Assembly: GCA_900547955.1 (NCBI GenBank)
Contig: URIR01000003.1
Span: 11,711 to 75,710 of the forward strand
Direction: 5' to 3'
DNA: 64,000 nucleotides
From: an uncultured Eubacteriales bacterium
Lineage (GTDB): Bacteria > Bacillota > Clostridia > Christensenellales > QALW01
The notes under the pieces were generated by a model. It was given only the letters and a program-made list of their open reading frames with translations. It did not search any database and was not told the origin of the DNA. The translations under genes and the position numbers were made by a program. Shown in pieces: positions 29,124 through 39,000 of this stretch (its first letter is position 1; every line of letters starts with the position of its first letter).

Positions 29124-30605
29124 ATGAAAAATAAGCTTTTAGGTCTGCTGCTCTGCGGCTTGCTGTGCATAGGGCTGTTTCCGGCGCAGGTATTCGCCGC
29201 GGGCGTAAATGAGGGAATTATTGTAAACGGAGTGGATATTACTACGGCTCAGGATTATACCGTAGTTTGCGGTGAAGGCAAAGCTGTATATAATCCGCAG
29301 GAGCAGAAGCTGACGCTGGACAACGCGGAAATCACGGTAGGAGCGAAGGCGAGTTCTACTGCCGGCGAGCGTTACGGCGTCGCTATACAGGGCGGGATAA
29401 CTGGTACAGTCGAGGTTGTTTTGAATGGAAAAAACAGCATTATCCTGTCTGATACGCAATACAAAAATATGGGAATATGGGCGGCAGGCTCCAGCCTTAA
29501 GTTTTCAGGCGGGGGAAGCCTGGAGGTATCTCTTTATAATGATTCATTTCCCTCTATAATACAGGGCAGGAATCTGGAATTTGAAAAAGTAGATATTACC
29601 GGCAGGCTTTTGAACGAAGAAAGCCCTTGCGGTTATGCTGTCCGGACGACTGGTACGGTAATAAGCAATCAGTCCGCTTTTGAGATTACCGGCTTTGAGA
29701 CAGCGATTGATACCGGCTCGCTTGCTATGAGGAACGGCAGCAGCCTAAATGTTAAAACTTCTGCAGAATACGGAATGGGGGTATTTTCCGGGGATATACT
29801 TGTTGAAGATTCGCAGATGGAACTTCAGGTTCCGGATACCGGACTTTACTGCCTGGCTGGTAATTTGACAGTCAGCCGGAGCAGTATTGTTTGCTCGCAG
29901 GCGAACGTTGGTATGTATGCCGAAGAAGGGATAATAACGGTCAAAGAAGATTCCATGCTGAATTTAAATAACAAAATTTATGGCCTGCGAATTTATAACG
30001 GCAGTTTATCCATTAGCGGCGGCGTAATTCATGCGTCAGGCAGCAGAGGAGGAATCCAGGTTCTGAATGTGAAGGAGGATGAAACAGACACGCCGACTGT
30101 AGCTATCTTTATGGCGCCTGATTGGGCGGAAAAGGCCGGCGGAAAAGCCGCCGCGGCAGAGTGCTTGTATGACGACGGATATGACGAGCCGTATCCTGTT
30201 TTTATTACAACCTTTATTTCTGCAGAAGACAGTATACTGAATGAGGATTTAAGCAACGCGGTTACGTCAGTACAAATCCAAATCAAGGGCGCCGACTACA
30301 GCAGGGTGGAAGAAATGATAGAAAAGGCAAAGGCCCTGAATAAAGACGAATACAAGGATTTTTCAAAGGTGGAAGCGGCGATAGACGCCGTTATATATGG
30401 CAAGAATATTAAGGAGCAGGGCTTGGTAGACGATATGGCGGAGGCGATTGAGGATGCCATATCCTCGTTGGAAAAGAAGCTGGATACTGATATTCCGCAG
30501 ACGGGAGATAACGGTATGATAATTTGGATTGCTGTTATGCTCGCGGCAGGCGCAGGATTGTCCGGGACGGTAATCTGCGGCAGAAAGATAAAACGCAGCA
30601 GATAA
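29124..30605 (+). CDS. Secreted cell-surface protein with C-terminal sorting signal (IPQTGD + TM + basic tail)
   Basis: 493 aa; signal peptide MKNKLLGLLLCGLLCIGLFPAQVFA; repetitive beta-rich body; a helical ADYSRVEEMIEKAKALNKDEYKDF module; sortase-type C-terminus. Confidence 0.85.
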   Translation: MKNKLLGLLLCGLLCIGLFPAQVFAAGVNEGIIVNGVDITTAQDYTVVCGEGKAVYNPQEQKLTLDNAEITVGAKASSTAGERYGVAIQGGITGTVEVVLNGKNSIILSDTQYKNMGIWAAGSSLKFSGGGSLEVSLYNDSFPSIIQGRNLEFEKVDITGRLLNEESPCGYAVRTTGTVISNQSAFEITGFETAIDTGSLAMRNGSSLNVKTSAEYGMGVFSGDILVEDSQMELQVPDTGLYCLAGNLTVSRSSIVCSQANVGMYAEEGIITVKEDSMLNLNNKIYGLRIYNGSLSISGGVIHASGSRGGIQVLNVKEDETDTPTVAIFMAPDWAEKAGGKAAAAECLYDDGYDEPYPVFITTFISAEDSILNEDLSNAVTSVQIQIKGADYSRVEEMIEKAKALNKDEYKDFSKVEAAIDAVIYGKNIKEQGLVDDMAEAIEDAISSLEKKLDTDIPQTGDNGMIIWIAVMLAAGAGLSGTVICGRKIKRSR

Positions 30606-30667
30606 CCAAAGGGCATAATAAGAGACTAAAAAGAGAGCCGGGGTATTTCTCCGGCTTTCTTTTTGTA

Positions 30668-30771
30668 TGCGCGCGGGCAAAGACATATCCGGGCGTATTT
30701 TTAAGACCGCGCAGCAAAGCGGACGGGGCGGGCTCTTAAGCAAAAACGTATTGTGCTTTGAATGTATTGTC
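30668..30771. mobile_element. Rearranged or partial MITE family 1 copy
   Basis: atatccgggcgtatttttaagaccgcgcagcaaagcgga...aaaaacgtattgtgctttgaatgtattgtc matches the reverse complement of the left third of the full copies, including the terminal repeat. Confidence 0.6.
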
Positions 30772-30985
30772 CAGGCAATAACCGCATATATAATAATTTT
30801 ATATGCGCTTTCCCCAAATAGGGTTTTATCACGCAGTAAAATAGAAAATGCGGGCAAGAAACAGCCTGCTCCTTACCCGCTTTTTTCTCAGCCATATATG
30901 GCTGAAATTCTGTTTAATTATGTTATGGATATTGTTTTGTTTGCGCAGTTTTCTGGGTTAATCATTATTTAGACTATCTGGCGGG

Positions 30986-33808
30986 TCAAAGCTGCTTTCT
31001 GGAACGCAGACGTCTTTTGCGTATTAATAGGACCCACGCTAAAACGGCCAAACCGACTGCAAGCCCCAGAAGCGCGGGCAGCATCCAGGAGGCGCCGGTA
31101 TCCTGGGGAGAATCGGTCAGCTTTTTAAATGAGGCGGATACGCTTATGTCTGCTTGTATATTTTCCAGCGTATAGCTGCTTACCGCGCCTACGCTGCCGC
31201 CGTTTATTATTACGTCCTCAATTATATATCCGTCCTGCGGCGTTATTGTAACTGCTGCGCTTGAGCCGGGCTTAACACGGCCGTCCGGCTGGACGGTTAT
31301 AACGCCTCCCTCTGTTTGCTGAACGTTTATTTGGAAAGTCCTATTCTCCTGAACGGCCAGCTCCTTAGTCAGTCCCAGATTATCCAGATATATGTTGGAA
31401 ATGCTGTTTCCATCAGGCAGGAAGCCACGGATATCTATAGTTACCTGGTCCGCGTCGGACACATCTATTATGTTGACGCCGTTCCATTGTCCCTGCTGCA
31501 TGTGTTTAGGGTCAAGCGAAATGTATATATAGCCTTCAAAGTCTTTGGGAATTACTGCGTAGCGGGTATCCATAAAGCTGAGCCAGTCGTAGCGGGAGCC
31601 TATGTCGGTGCTTGCCTTGGAAATATTGCCCTGCATATCCTTTAGATATACATGGTCGTTAGTTTCTATAGCTGCCAGCTTCTGGGTGCTGTATAGTTTA
31701 GCCGAAAAGAACAGCTCGCAGCCCAACTGATTTTTAATATACATTGAATAGTATTTGTGGTCTAACGCACCGTAGGTTATAATGCCTGCAAACGCTTTGG
31801 AATTAATGGTATATATGAAATTTGCATTGTTTTCGGGCACGTTTGTCAGCGTCAGGAGCTGGCCCTGGCCGTCTGAAGCGGGTTTTAAGCTGAGCTGGGC
31901 TGTAGAATAGCCCTCTGTTTTTCCGCTTAGAGCAATGTAATTCCCCAGAGATTGGTCCGTGGCTTCATCAAAATTTATTATCTCCAGCCGCTCGCCTGGA
32001 AAGGCTATCTCTGAGCTGAGGGGCTGGGATATATTGCCGTAAGGGTCCAGGGCGTAAACGCTCAGTACGGCGTCTATGCCCGCGAATGAGCCGGTCATAG
32101 TATAGCTGAAGCTGCTTTGCTTTTCTCTCATGCCATAATCAGAGAGTATGCTTTGGGTACGCAGCACGGCTCCGGTATCCCGTCGGCTGAGCACGGCTTT
32201 ATAGCTCACTACCATTTCATCGTCCTGGGCCGCGCTGAAGGAAAACTCTAATTTATCGCTTGAGGCGGCGGTAATATTAAGCTGCGCGTCCTGGCTGAAG
32301 CTGGGCGCCTGAGAATTATCCCTGCGCGCGTCGGTATATATAAAATCCTCTTTGGCGAAGCTGCCTGTGCGGCCGGCGGCGCTGTTGATTACATAAGGCT
32401 GTTCGGACAGATATTCATGATAGCGGAAGGAATAAGGGTAAATGCGCACTTCGTTGCTGGCGTCCACCTCCACTATCATTGCGCTGAAGCTTACCGGTTC
32501 GCTGGCGGGCACGGCTTTAGGGTTATTATAGAACCAATAGCCGCCTACGACAGAAGTATAATATTCCTGCCTTACGCAGCTGGGAGAGGTTAGAGGCAGA
32601 TGAGTATGTCCGGAAAAGTTTATAATTTGAGAGTAGCTCTTCATTATTTCATAAGGATAGGACATAGACGCGATTGTTTCGTCCGAACCATAGCCGCCGT
32701 CTGGAGCCTGAAAATGCTGGAATACGAATATGGGCTTATCCGGGCCGTCCTGCTCAGCCTGAGCCAGGGAGTTTGCCAGCCATTGGGTATTCTGCGAATA
32801 GTCCGAGCCGCCGCGCGGTGAGTTTGTTATAATTTTGAAGCCGTTCAGGTCGTAAACGCCGTCCATTTCAAGCCCGATATATTTATTCCAAAGCGCGTCC
32901 GCCTCAGATTGGGACAGCCATCCCATGGAAGAGTTTAAATATTCATGATTGCCATAGCAGGATATGAATTGCGTGCCCTCCTTAAGAGAACCGTCAAGCG
33001 CGGCGCGAAGCTTTATATAATCCTCGTCCTGCGCGACCTGTACGTTATCTCCCGATGAAATGACGGCGTCCAGCTTATTATAAGAGGGATGCGCCTGCAC
33101 CATTTTGTAAAGATGGTCCATTGCGCTTTGGAAGGCGCCGGGCGCCTGTGAGCCGAAATGCAGGTCGGTTACCGCCAAAAAGCGCATTACAGGGATATAA
33201 TCTGGGTCGGACATTATGTATATTTCCTCCTCGTTTAGCGGGCTGAGCGCGCTTATATTGCTTATATCAAAGACTGTGGAAGAAGTAGGAGCGGCATAGC
33301 CCACGGCCAGCCCGTTTATATCTTTGCAGGGAAATAAGCTTAGGGGGAAGAGCAGCCAGCCGTCAAAGCCTGCCGACCAATACATGGGGAAGGCCCAGCT
33401 CATGCCGTTTATGCCGTTATAGTCTACAAGCTGCTTGATTTGGATTTGACCGTCAAGCGTAAGAGTTATTATTTCTCCGCCGGCATTCGGAATATATTCA
33501 GCTCCAGAGGAGTCCCTTGCTATAAGGGTCATCCCTCCTCCATTGGCTGAGCCTGAATTAAAGCGCACGGCTATATAGGAAGCGCCTGCCAGGACTGAGT
33601 TATCTATTTGGATAAAATCCAGGCGGTGAGTGTTCCAGTCGCGGCTGCCCGACTGCACTATGTCATAGCTTTGGCTGGATATTAATTCTTTTGCGTAGGC
33701 GACGCCATCCAGTTCAATAAAGGCGTCGTTTTGGGCCAGAGCGGGCGTAAATGCCAGCATGGTCATGGCCAGAATCAGGGCAAGGACAAGAGAAATGCTC
33801 TTTTTCAT
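30986..33808 (-). CDS. Surface-anchored calcineurin-like metallophosphoesterase, multi-domain
   Basis: 940 aa; signal peptide; phosphoesterase motifs DLHFG, SGDNV, GNHEY and GHTHL; a B-repeat-like module near the C-terminus; SPQDTGA followed by a TM segment and RKRRLRSRK tail. Confidence 0.88.
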   Translation of the reverse strand: MKKSISLVLALILAMTMLAFTPALAQNDAFIELDGVAYAKELISSQSYDIVQSGSRDWNTHRLDFIQIDNSVLAGASYIAVRFNSGSANGGGMTLIARDSSGAEYIPNAGGEIITLTLDGQIQIKQLVDYNGINGMSWAFPMYWSAGFDGWLLFPLSLFPCKDINGLAVGYAAPTSSTVFDISNISALSPLNEEEIYIMSDPDYIPVMRFLAVTDLHFGSQAPGAFQSAMDHLYKMVQAHPSYNKLDAVISSGDNVQVAQDEDYIKLRAALDGSLKEGTQFISCYGNHEYLNSSMGWLSQSEADALWNKYIGLEMDGVYDLNGFKIITNSPRGGSDYSQNTQWLANSLAQAEQDGPDKPIFVFQHFQAPDGGYGSDETIASMSYPYEIMKSYSQIINFSGHTHLPLTSPSCVRQEYYTSVVGGYWFYNNPKAVPASEPVSFSAMIVEVDASNEVRIYPYSFRYHEYLSEQPYVINSAAGRTGSFAKEDFIYTDARRDNSQAPSFSQDAQLNITAASSDKLEFSFSAAQDDEMVVSYKAVLSRRDTGAVLRTQSILSDYGMREKQSSFSYTMTGSFAGIDAVLSVYALDPYGNISQPLSSEIAFPGERLEIINFDEATDQSLGNYIALSGKTEGYSTAQLSLKPASDGQGQLLTLTNVPENNANFIYTINSKAFAGIITYGALDHKYYSMYIKNQLGCELFFSAKLYSTQKLAAIETNDHVYLKDMQGNISKASTDIGSRYDWLSFMDTRYAVIPKDFEGYIYISLDPKHMQQGQWNGVNIIDVSDADQVTIDIRGFLPDGNSISNIYLDNLGLTKELAVQENRTFQINVQQTEGGVITVQPDGRVKPGSSAAVTITPQDGYIIEDVIINGGSVGAVSSYTLENIQADISVSASFKKLTDSPQDTGASWMLPALLGLAVGLAVLAWVLLIRKRRLRSRKQL

Positions 33809-34173
33809 TAAAGTTCCTCCTTATAATTTTAACTAAATTGAGAACTGAGCTGCCATGAGGGGTATTTTAAAAGCTGCTTTAGGGGGGCTGGCTCACCAGG
33901 CATTTTATCGGCGGAATAAGTTGAATTGCAGACATTGGCAGAGCGTCCGCGCTTTTATAACAGATACTTTAGCATATAACTAGGGAGGAGTACAGAGACG
34001 GATATAACTAACAAGGAGACAAAACTAACGCCGGGATAATATTTATCCCCTTGCCGACGGGGACAAAAAAGCGGAAGGCAAAAGGAAAGGATGCCTTGGG
34101 GCTGAGCGTTTTTTAAGAAAATGCAGAGGGACGGCAAGCAATGCCGTCCCGTTAAATATTTTTTATTTCATTA

Positions 34174-34457
34174 GACAATACAATATAATACAATCAAAGT
34201 ACAATGCGTTTTTGGATAAATCCCGCCGCATCCGCTTTGCTGCGCGGTCTTTAAAATACGTCCGTATGTATTCAATCAGGCGCCGCGCTGCTGTCAACGG
34301 GCTCTTAAGCAAAAATCTCCGACCGCAGAGGAGGAAAATTATTCGGTTTTGTAAGGCGGCAGGGCGCAGAAATACCGGGCGTATTTCAAGGACAACAACA
34401 CAACAAAACCGAACAATTCACACTTTGGGCGGCGCATTGTACTTTGATTGTATTGTC
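34174..34457. mobile_element. MITE family 1, full-length copy (284 bp), TA-flanked
   Basis: 27-nt terminal inverted repeat tagacaatacaatcaaagtacaatgcg / cgcattgtactttgattgtattgtcta. It is perfect apart from a 10-nt duplication in the left arm. TA lies on both sides. Confidence 0.85.
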
Positions 34458-34492
34458 TATGCTCTTGAACATGTTATTTGATTCTGAGCGCG

Positions 34493-35677
34493 TTACAGCA
34501 GCTTATTAAGCCGCTTTACGGCCGCAAGGGTATTTTCATAGCTTCCGAAGGCGGTCAGGCGGAAATAGCCCTCGCCGTTTTTGCCGAAGCCTGCTCCGGG
34601 AGTGCCTGCAATCTGTGCGTTTTCCAGCAGATAGTCGAAGAATTCCCAGGAGTCCATATTATTGGGGCAGCGCATCCAGATATAGGGGGAGTTTTCGCCG
34701 CCGGTAAACCAGACGCCCTTAGCGCGCAGGCAGTCGGCTATTATGCTGGCGTTTTGCTTGTAATAGTGGATATTTGCCTTTATCTGGCGCTGGCCCTCGG
34801 GTGAAAATACGGCGGCGGCGCCCTTTTGCACTATATAGGACACCCCGTTGAACTTGGTGGTCTGACGGCGCAGCCAGAGCTTATTAATGCTTACGCCTTC
34901 CCGCTCCAGTTCCATGGGCACAATAGTGTAGCCGCAGCGGGTGCCGGTAAAGCCCGCGGTTTTGGAAAGGGAGCATATCTCTATGGCGCATGTGCGCGCG
35001 CCCTCTATTTCATAGATGGAGCGGGGCAGGTCGCCCTCTACAAAGGCCTCATAGGCGGCGTCAAAGAGGATTATGGCGTTTCGGGCGTTGGCATAGTCTA
35101 CCCAGGCTTTAAGCTGCTGACGGTTGTATACTGCGCCGGTGGGATTATTGGGAGAGCAGATATATATTACGTCCGCCTGTATGTTTTTATCCGGAAGGGG
35201 AAGGAAGCTATTTTCGCCGTTGGCGTCTATGTAATTTACCGTTCGGCCGTCCATTATGTTGACGTCTACATATGCCGGATATACAGGGTCGGGGATAAGG
35301 GCGGAGTTGGAACGGTCGAATAAATCAAGGATATTTCCCAAATCGCTTTTAGCTCCGTCGCTTATAAAAATTTCCGAATCCAAAAGGGAAACTCCCTTTT
35401 GCTGATAATAGCCTTTAATGCCGTTTTTCAAAAATTCATAGCCATAGGCCTGAGCGTCGGGGCCATAGCCATGAAAGGTTTCGGCCCGGCCCATCTCCTC
35501 TACGGCCTGAGCAAGGGCGTTAACAACCGCGGTGCACAATGGAAGGGTTACGTCTCCGATGCTGAGCTTTATAACGTCGGCGTCGGGGTGAGCTGATTTG
35601 TATTCGGCTATTTTTCTGCCCGTTTCGGCAAAGAGGTAGCTGTCTTTTACATCCAGATAGTGCTTATTGATTTTCAT
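34493..35677 (-). CDS. dapL: LL-diaminopimelate aminotransferase
   Basis: 394 aa. The N-terminus INKHYLDVKDSYLFAETGRKIAEY and the class-I aminotransferase body are typical of DapL. It lies adjacent to dapF. Confidence 0.88.
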   Translation of the reverse strand: MKINKHYLDVKDSYLFAETGRKIAEYKSAHPDADVIKLSIGDVTLPLCTAVVNALAQAVEEMGRAETFHGYGPDAQAYGYEFLKNGIKGYYQQKGVSLLDSEIFISDGAKSDLGNILDLFDRSNSALIPDPVYPAYVDVNIMDGRTVNYIDANGENSFLPLPDKNIQADVIYICSPNNPTGAVYNRQQLKAWVDYANARNAIILFDAAYEAFVEGDLPRSIYEIEGARTCAIEICSLSKTAGFTGTRCGYTIVPMELEREGVSINKLWLRRQTTKFNGVSYIVQKGAAAVFSPEGQRQIKANIHYYKQNASIIADCLRAKGVWFTGGENSPYIWMRCPNNMDSWEFFDYLLENAQIAGTPGAGFGKNGEGYFRLTAFGSYENTLAAVKRLNKLL

Positions 35678-35712
35678 TATGTATCTCCTTTCGGTATAAG
35701 AATTTTAATGCA

Positions 35713-35863
35713 GGGGGGCCGCCCCGCCCTTAAAAGGAGGGCGCGCCCTGGGGACGCTGGAATCTAACCGCTTAAGCGGAAACCGGTTTTTATTCGGACG
35801 CAGGCAATTTTGAGTCCGCGCCCGGCCCTTAAGGCGCGCACGTTCTGCGCGCGCCTTAAGGGC
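35713..35863. repeat. GC-rich palindrome cluster between dapF and dapL
   Basis: The motif is present in reverse orientation at 35713-35748. The palindrome ccgcttaagcgg is at 35769-35780. A 15-bp perfect stem gcccttaaggcgcgc / gcgcgccttaagggc spans 35825-35863. Confidence 0.8.
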
Positions 35864-36012
35864 ATTATATATATCCCCGCCCGCGGCCCTGAGCCGCTGC
35901 GCGCTGCGCCGAGGCGTTTATATTGAGCATGGGCCGTAACTGCGCAGGCCGCTTTGCGCGGGTATTTGCGTTTTAGCTTTTAAAGGCCTCCGTTTTATGG
36001 GCATAAACTATT

Positions 36013-39000
36013 TTACACCATAACCGTGCCGTCAAAGACCTTTACTGCGTTGCCTGTCATATACACCTCGCCCGTATCGGTATACCTTATCTTAAGCTCT
36101 CCGCCCAGCAGCTTAACGGTTATATCGGTATTTTTATCGCAGAGTCCGTTTTCTACGGCTGCTACGGCCGCCGCGCAGGCGCCTGTGCCGCAGGCCCAAG
36201 TTTCCCCGCTGCCCCGCTCCCAGACGCGCATTTTAAGAGTAGCGCGGTCTATAACCTTGACAAATTCGGCGTTGACCCTCTCGGGGAACAGCTCGCTGTG
36301 CTCAAACTGAGGACCAATCTTTTCCAGCGGGAAGAAATCTACGTTTTCAACAAATACTACGCAGTGGGGATTGCCCATGGAGACGCAGGTTATATGGTAA
36401 TTTTCCCCGCCTATATTTACCTGCCGGCCTATGACCTTATCTCCCTCTAATTTTACCGGCACCTCCTCCGGCCTGAGCTGCGCCGCGCCCATATTCACTC
36501 TGGCCGAGGTGGCTACGCCGTTCTGCGTATACACCCTTATGCTCTTTATGCCCGAAAGGGTTTCAAGGGTCATAACCTCTTTATTAACCATATGGTTGTC
36601 GTATAAATATTTGGCGACGCAGCGGGACGCATTGCCGCACATCCTGCCTTCGCTGCCGTCCAGATTGAACATGCGCATTTTGGCGTCCGCCTTGGAGGAG
36701 GGGCATATTAATACCACGCCGTCGCCTCCTACTCCGAAATGCCTGTCGGCCAGGCGTATGGACAGCCCCTCCGGGTTGTCTATATGCTGCTCAAAGGCGT
36801 TAAAATAGATATAGTCGTTTCCGCAGCCGTGCATCTTGGTGAACTTGAGCTGGGTGCGCTTGGTGCGCATATGGTTGATGTCCACCAGCTCGCAGTTCAA
36901 TTCGGAATAGCGGCTCTTTATGCTGTCGGCTACGGCGTGAGCCGTGTCTATGGAGGTCAGGCAGGGTATGCTGCGCTCTACCGCCTTGCGCCGTATTTTA
37001 ACGCTGTCCCTGCCGGGCAGGCGGCCTTTGGCGCTGGTGGAGATAAGATAGTCTATTTTGCCGCTCTCTATAAGGGTGAGGGTGTTGACGTCGCTTTCGT
37101 GTATCTTGCTGACTATCTCGGCCTCCATGCCTGAGGCCTTTATAATTTCAGCCGTGCCCGCCGTAGCGTATAATTTAAAGCCCAAATCATAGAATTTCTT
37201 GGCTACTGCCGCAATCTCGGGCTTATCAGAATCGCGCACCGAGAGGAATACGCCCTTTTTGGAGGAGCTGACCGCCTTGCGCAGCTTATAGCCCGCCGCA
37301 ATAAGCCCTTTATAAAGCGCTTCCTCCAGGGTTCCCGCCAAGCCCAGCACCTCGCCCGTGGATTTCATTTCGGGCCCAAGATGGCTGTCCACGTTGGCCA
37401 GCTTTTCAAAGGAGAATATGGGCACCTTAACCGCGAAATACGCGCCCTGGGGATAAAGCCCCGTGCCGTAGCCCATATCGTAGAGCTTTTCGCCCAGCAT
37501 GGCGCGGGTGGCCAGCGCCACCATGGGTACGCCCGTTACCTTGCTTATATAAGGCACGGTCCGGGAGGAGCGCGGGTTGACCTCTATTACATAAAGCTGG
37601 CCGTTATATATGACGTACTGGATGTTTATAAGCCCCTTGGTATTCAGAGCCAGAGCCAGGCGGCGGGTGCAGTCCACTATGCGGCTGACCATGCGGTCGC
37701 TTAAGTTGTAGGCGGGATATACGCTTATGGAATCGCCCGAATGCACGCCCGCCCGCTCTATATGTTCCATTATGCCGGGGATGAGTACGTCCTCCCCGTC
37801 GCAGATGCCGTCTACCTCTATTTCCAGCCCCATAAGGTATTTATCTATTAATACCGGATTCTCTATGCCCTGGGAGAGGATTATCTGCATGTATTCCCTG
37901 ACGTCCGAATCGTTAAAGGCGATTATCATATTCTGGCCGCCCAGCACATAGGAGGGACGCAGCAGCACGGGATAGCCTATTTCATTTGCGGCGGCCAGCG
38001 CGCCCTGAGCGTCGGTTACCGAATGCCCCTTGGGCCGCTCTATCTTTAATTCCTCCAGCAGTTCGTCAAAGCGTTCGCGGTCCTCCGCCCGGTCTATGCT
38101 GTCCGCGCTGGTGCCTAAAATGTTTTCTCCCCGTTCAGAAAGGAACCTGGTCAGCTTGATGGCCGTCTGGCCGCCGAAGGCTACTACGACGCCCCAGGGC
38201 TTTTCTGTTTCAAGCACGTTGCGCACGTCCTCGGGAGTGAGGGGTTCAAAATAAAGCCGGTCGGCGGTGTCAAAGTCGGTAGAGACGGTTTCGGGGTTGT
38301 TATTGACTATAACCACTTCAAAGCCGGCGTTTTTAAGCGCCCAGACGCAGTGCACCGAGGCGTAGTCAAATTCTATGCCCTGGCCTATCCGGATGGGGCC
38401 GGAGCCGAATACTATTACCGTCCGCTTGCGCTCGGGCAGCTCCTGAATAAATTCCTCAGCCTCGTTTTCCTCTTCAAAGGAGGAGTAGAAATAGGGGGTT
38501 TCGGCGCTGAATTCGGCCGCGCAGGTATCCACCATCTTAAATACCGCAACAGCGGGATTCTCTACCCTTTGCCCCGAAAATTCCTCTATGACGCTGTCTA
38601 AAAAGCCCATGCGCTTGGCGCGCAGGTAGGTCTCTCTGTCAAAGCCCTGCTTAAGGGTGTTTTCCATATCTATGATGTTTTGAATCTTATATAGGAACCA
38701 TAGGTCTATCTTGGTTATGTCGTGTATTTCCTCGGGGGAAACTCCCTTCCTGAGCGCGTCGGCCACGATAAACAGGCGCTCGTCGGTAGTTTCATGCAGG
38801 CGGGAGAGCGCTTCCTCCCGCGGCAGGTCGTATTTTTTGGAATAGAGGCTCTTAAGCCCTATTTCGGCGCCCCTTACCGCCTTTAGCAGGGCTTCTTCAA
38901 AGGTAACGCCTATGGCCATAACCTCGCCCGTGGCCTGCATCTGGGTGCCTAACTGGCGTTTGGCGTATACGAATTTATCAAAGGGCCATTTTGGCAGCTT

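Noticed and set aside
35678-36012. Possible lysine riboswitch (L-box) upstream of dapL.
   Set aside because: Reading the minus strand, I found none of the conserved L-box core elements. The spacer is instead made of the generic GC palindromes.
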